This document shows, one piece after another, positions 60,304 to 64,000 of a stretch of 64,000 bases of DNA; position 1 is the stretch's first letter; each line of letters opens with the position of its first letter. The notes below the pieces were generated by a model. It had not been told where the DNA came from and made no database searches. It saw only the letters and a list, made by a program, of their open reading frames with translations. The DNA is taken from assembly GCA_036507075.1 (NCBI GenBank), contig DASXQR010000083.1, positions 72,233 through 136,232 of the forward strand, in the 5' to 3' direction. A program made the translations under genes and the position numbers. The stretch is from Acidobacteriota bacterium. GTDB lineage: Bacteria; Acidobacteriota; UBA6911; JACQSX01.

Positions 60304-60447
60304 GGATTGGTCATTGGTCATTCGTCATCAGCCACCAAGTCATTGGTCATCGCTCACGGTTGTCAATTACTCACGCCCGATGAAACCAGTGGCCTAATGA
60401 CGAATGACGAATGACCAATGACCACCAATGACCAGTGACCAATGACG
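60304..60447. repeat. 144-bp inverted-repeat element of tandem gtcattggtcat words
   Basis: ggtcattggtcattcgtcatcagccaccaagtcattggtcat ... atgacgaatgacgaatgaccaatgaccaccaatgaccagtgaccaatgac. It shares gtcattagtcatt with the 20226 and 27921 elements. Confidence 0.6.
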
Positions 60448-60480
60448 ATTCTTGTGTCTTTGTGGTGCGAAAGGAGGGTT

Positions 60481-61143
60481 CTATTTGAACTCGACGTTCT
60501 TGACGCGGCCCTTGTCGAATACGACGATAAACCGATCATAAACGTAGGTGCGGGTGTCGCCGAGAACGACCTGCATCATGGGCGAACCCAACTGGGCCTT
60601 CACCTGAGCCTCGGTCATTCCATGCGAGATTTCAATGCCTTGATCAGCGCCTCGGGAACGATCAGCCGACATCGAAGGCGCAGCAGTGGAAGGCGCGGTT
60701 TGACGTGGCAGCTCTCGCGGCGGGATGTTGTGAATAGTTACTGGCGGCTTGCCCGGTTCGGAGGCAGGCGCAGGAGCCTCGTCAACTTCTCTGTACGACG
60801 AGTAGGGCAGGGAATTTCGGATGATCAAGCTGTACGGCGGCTGCATCCTGGCCGCCAGATAGTAGCGGTTCCATCCTAACGGGATAGACCTGGCCTGTTG
60901 CGTCAAATAGGCGCCGCTCTGGTAGTAGGCGCCATTCTGATAATAGGGATCAAAGTAGCTCTGATAGCCCGTGTACGGAGAAAACGCACACTGCGGCGCG
61001 TAGTATTGGGTCTGGTAATACATGTGTCTTGGGCCTGAGTAGGATCGAATCAGGCCGGCGTGCCCGGAATAACGATGATGAAAGGCCGAAGCTTCTCCGC
61101 CAAGCGCCAGGTAAAGACTGATAACAACGAGACTTTTCTTCAT
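60481..61143 (-). CDS. secreted protein with Tyr/Gln-rich low-complexity N-terminal region and structured C-terminal domain
   Basis: Signal peptide, then ...YYQTQYYAPQ...YQSYFDPYYQNGAYYQSGAY..., then C-terminal GMTEAQVKAQLGSP...VVFDKGRVKNVEFK. Confidence 0.45.
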   Translation of the reverse strand: MKKSLVVISLYLALGGEASAFHHRYSGHAGLIRSYSGPRHMYYQTQYYAPQCAFSPYTGYQSYFDPYYQNGAYYQSGAYLTQQARSIPLGWNRYYLAARMQPPYSLIIRNSLPYSSYREVDEAPAPASEPGKPPVTIHNIPPRELPRQTAPSTAAPSMSADRSRGADQGIEISHGMTEAQVKAQLGSPMMQVVLGDTRTYVYDRFIVVFDKGRVKNVEFK

Positions 61144-61224
61144 CGTGCAACCATTTTACCCCAGCTTCGGACACTCTTGAAGATGTTCTTGAGCGAAAAA
61201 AGGTTCATACATGGGGTCACAATT

Positions 61225-61971
61225 TCAACGGCGCCCGGATCGCGGCGGGTAGGAGAAGTACTTGCCAACGTCGCGGGCGGTCAGTTCCCGCAATTCTCCT
61301 GTCTTCAGGGCGCCCAATTTCAGTTTCCCCACCTGCACACGAACCAGCTTCAGCACGATGTGCTCCAGAGCCTCGAACATTCGCCGCACTTGACGGTTCC
61401 TTCCTTCATGAATCGTCAACTCGAACCAACTGTGACGTTCCGTCGTTCTTATCGGATTCACCCGCGCCGGCAGGGTAAAACCGTCGGACAGTTCAACGCC
61501 GCCGCGAAGTTTCTCAATTTCCGAATCTTCGACCTTACCACTCACTTTCACCAGGTAAGTCTTGGGGACCTTGAATGAAGGATCGGTCAGGTAATTCGCA
61601 AAATCATTGTCGTTGGTCAGAAGCAAAAGGCCGGATGTATTCTTGTCCAGGCGTCCCACAGAGAAGATATGCTGCTGACCCGGCGGCAAAAGATCGTAGA
61701 CCGTTTTGCGGTCCAGCTTGTCCTGGTGGGTGGTGATGACTCCTTTGGGCTTATTGAGCGCCCAGTATTTTCGAGCGGCACGCCGCACCTCCACATGGTT
61801 CACCGCGAGGTGATCGCGTTTTAGATCGACCCACCGCTCAGGATTGCGCTCCACTTTTCCGTTTACCGAGACCCGGCCGGCAATAATCTGGTCTCGCGCC
61901 TTGGTGCGCGACGCGATGCCGAAACGGGAAAGAGCCCGGTCCAGGGTGGCCTTGGTCTTGGTGGAATTCAA
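61225..61971 (-). CDS. pseudouridine synthase, RsuA/RluB family (S4 + catalytic domain)
   Basis: An S4 domain, then the catalytic Asp in SVGRLDKNTSGLLLLTND. Confidence 0.8.
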   Translation of the reverse strand: MNSTKTKATLDRALSRFGIASRTKARDQIIAGRVSVNGKVERNPERWVDLKRDHLAVNHVEVRRAARKYWALNKPKGVITTHQDKLDRKTVYDLLPPGQQHIFSVGRLDKNTSGLLLLTNDNDFANYLTDPSFKVPKTYLVKVSGKVEDSEIEKLRGGVELSDGFTLPARVNPIRTTERHSWFELTIHEGRNRQVRRMFEALEHIVLKLVRVQVGKLKLGALKTGELRELTARDVGKYFSYPPRSGRR

Positions 61972-62007
61972 TTCGTGCCTCCGACTTAGAACATGGGGAA
62001 AAAATTA

Positions 62008-62064
62008 ACCACAAAGACACAAAGGGCACAAAGAATCTTTGTGTCCTTTGTGCCTTTGTGGTGA
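62008..62064. terminator. hairpin of the caaaggcacaaag family flanked by T-runs on both strands (bidirectional terminator candidate)
   Basis: accacaaagacacaaagggcacaaag-aatc-tttgtgtcctttgtgcctttgtggt, with a 3' T6 run on the plus strand and a T6 run on the minus strand. Confidence 0.5.
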
Positions 62065-62077
62065 TTTTTTCAACCCC

Positions 62078-63133
62078 TTAGCAAAATGGACTCAGAACAT
62101 CCAGTTCCGAAGCCAGGGCGCTTAGCTCCCGTTTTAGAACATCATTGACAGGGATCCCGTTTGCGCGCCGTTCGATTTCGATTTCGTCTTCGATTTCTCC
62201 CGGCACAAAGACTCGTTCCGTGCCGGGGGCGCGCGGGCAGTTCTTCAGGCTGGAAACTTCCTCGTCCACCCGTGATTTGAATTCTCCCAGCGGCATAAAG
62301 CTTTCTACGCGAATAGTCCCGAACATGTGACCAATCCCCTGCGGCTCGGACATCGGCCCATAGAGCCCGCTCACAGATGCGGCAAAGGCACTACCCGTCA
62401 AAACACCGGTGAGCAGATCAAGTATCATGCTCAGCCCGTATCCTTTATATCCGCCCAGCGGCTGAATCGATCCTCCATCAATCACCGCCCTGGGATTGTC
62501 GGTGGCAAGCCAATGGCTGTCAAAACCCCAGGTGGGAGGAATGCGCCGCCCTTCGGTCATGGCAACCAGAATCTTTCCCAGGGCAACAGCGCCGGTGGCC
62601 ATATCGAGCACCACCGGGCGATGTGCGCCGGCGGGGATGGCGACACAAAGGGGATTGTTCCCAAGAATCTTCCGGCTGCCGCCCGATGGAGCCATGGTAG
62701 GGCCTGCGTTGCTGCCCGCAAAGCCGATCATTCCCTGCTCAACGGCCATCAGAGCGTAAAATGCCGCCGCGCCAAAGTGATTGCTGTTGCGCACGCCGAC
62801 GATTGAAACGCCCGCCGCCAGACCCTTCTCAATTGCCAGACGCATCGCCCTGGCCGAAATTATCTGTCCCATCCCCGAGCCGCCATCCACAAGCGCGAAG
62901 GCGGCGCCCTCACGAACGACGCGGAACTCTCCGTCCGGCTTAATTCCTCCGGCCCGCAGGCGGTCCGTGTAGATTTTCATGCGGATGATTCCGTGAGAGT
63001 CCACGCCGCGCAGGTTGGCGGCAACAATGGCACTGCCCGTGAGTCGCGCGTCATCTGGACCAAGTCCGAGCTTTTGAAAGCAGCGGGTGCAGAACTCGGT
63101 CAATTGCGTAACCGGTATTCTGGTATCAGGCAT
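62078..63133 (-). CDS. Ldh_2-family (malate/L-lactate/sulfolactate-type) dehydrogenase
   Basis: NLRGVDSHGIIR with the conserved His, matching YbiC/AllD/ComC-type proteins. Confidence 0.75.
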   Translation of the reverse strand: MPDTRIPVTQLTEFCTRCFQKLGLGPDDARLTGSAIVAANLRGVDSHGIIRMKIYTDRLRAGGIKPDGEFRVVREGAAFALVDGGSGMGQIISARAMRLAIEKGLAAGVSIVGVRNSNHFGAAAFYALMAVEQGMIGFAGSNAGPTMAPSGGSRKILGNNPLCVAIPAGAHRPVVLDMATGAVALGKILVAMTEGRRIPPTWGFDSHWLATDNPRAVIDGGSIQPLGGYKGYGLSMILDLLTGVLTGSAFAASVSGLYGPMSEPQGIGHMFGTIRVESFMPLGEFKSRVDEEVSSLKNCPRAPGTERVFVPGEIEDEIEIERRANGIPVNDVLKRELSALASELDVLSPFC

Positions 63134-64000
63134 AAGAAGACGAAGAAGATAGTTCCACCTTGATTGAGATCAAAACCCAGTAGGCGAGCATGCCGCCCAC
63201 CAGCACGCCGCCTGTGATGCTCAAAGCAATCGCGAATGATTGCGTTTGCTGCGCGATGATGCCGGTGAGAACCGGTGCGAGAATTCCACCGATATTGCCG
63301 CCAAAGTTCTGAATTCCCGAAACGGTGCCTACTATCTTTTTTGAGCACATCGCCTGCGTCAAGGTCCAGGTATTGGGAGCGGAGATCCCCAACCCGCACA
63401 GCGAAGTAGTCAGCAGCCACACGGAAGTCATTTTGTCTTCCACCATTCCTGCCGGCACGATCAGGCATGCGATTGCCAGCCCTATAATGATCAGACCCTT
63501 TCTAACTCGAACTTCTGAGTGTCCACGCCGAATCAGCCAGTCACTCAGAGAACCGGAAAGAATAATGATCACAGACATGGCGACATAAGGGATCGAACTG
63601 TACACTCCCATCTCGCGCGTGGTGAATTTTCGCTCCCGCACAAGGTAGGTCGGCAGCCAGTTGAAATAAACAAACCAGGCATAGTCGTAAGCAAAAAACC
63701 CGAGGAAAATGCCCATCACCGTCCGGTTCTTCAACAGGCCGAGTGATTGCAAAAAGGAGAAACGGTTGGCCTGGGCTGTCTGACCATCGGTTGTGCCGGC
63801 GTCTGTGGTCGCTTCCCAGGGCTTCAGGAACTTGATCCACGGCAGCAGCCAGATCAGGGGAAGCAGTCCGGTCAGAAGAAAGAAGATCTTCACATCGTAA
63901 GCGACCAGCATTGCCGCGCCCACCACGGCAATGATGGCTTGACCAAGGCGCACTCCAGCCAGATAGGCCGCCGTAACAATACCGCGCTCCCTTTCCTGGA
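63126..64000 (-). CDS. MFS transporter (C-terminal part; gene continues beyond window end)
   Basis: Multi-TM protein with an MFS-like loop (IRRGHSEVRVRKG). The ORF is open at the window edge. Confidence 0.6.
   Translation of the reverse strand, partial: QERERGIVTAAYLAGVRLGQAIIAVVGAAMLVAYDVKIFFLLTGLLPLIWLLPWIKFLKPWEATTDAGTTDGQTAQANRFSFLQSLGLLKNRTVMGIFLGFFAYDYAWFVYFNWLPTYLVRERKFTTREMGVYSSIPYVAMSVIIILSGSLSDWLIRRGHSEVRVRKGLIIIGLAIACLIVPAGMVEDKMTSVWLLTTSLCGLGISAPNTWTLTQAMCSKKIVGTVSGIQNFGGNIGGILAPVLTGIIAQQTQSFAIALSITGGVLVGGMLAYWVLISIKVELSSSSSYA

Overview
This is a GC-rich bacterial chromosomal window, probably Acidobacteriota-like (judged only from gene content and GC richness, low confidence). 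It is dense with housekeeping and metabolic genes: mnmE, divergent mnmG-rsmG-parA-parB with two parS sites, cspA, phosphoketolase, acs, fabI, iscSU, hsp20, dksA, a CcdA-TlpA fusion, tRNA-Phe and tRNA-Thr.

The most unusual content is at the left end, between 0.7 and 16 kb. It holds a sensory cluster: a sigma-54 NtrC-type regulator, a sensor-less histidine kinase core, a divergent globin-coupled histidine kinase, and a CheY-like receiver. Next to it is an orphan NapC/NrfH tetraheme cytochrome, then a 1.5-kb gene-free, hairpin-rich region. That is followed by an atypical nitrate-reductase operon: a hemerythrin-like protein, a NarI-like diheme cytochrome b with a C-terminal Cys4 tail, a cytoplasmic NarB/NasA-type Mo subunit, a 4x[4Fe-4S] protein, a membrane-anchored Rieske protein, a small 2-TM protein and NarK. 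Two paralogous ~30-aa hydrophobic peptides sit in the same region.

Two paralogous xanthine-dehydrogenase/CODH-family clusters are present. One is a TetR-coxSLM cluster. The other is a coxSLM-coxG cluster with a form-II-like AYRGAGR motif and a fused-in-operon GT-C-like membrane protein.

The window is also peppered with families of structured intergenic inverted-repeat elements built from short tandem words. It further carries a ~124-bp repeat present twice and a 51-bp segment shared between an intergenic site and the 3' coding end of narK.

No CRISPR array, integrase, transposase, or obvious defence or toxin genes were seen.
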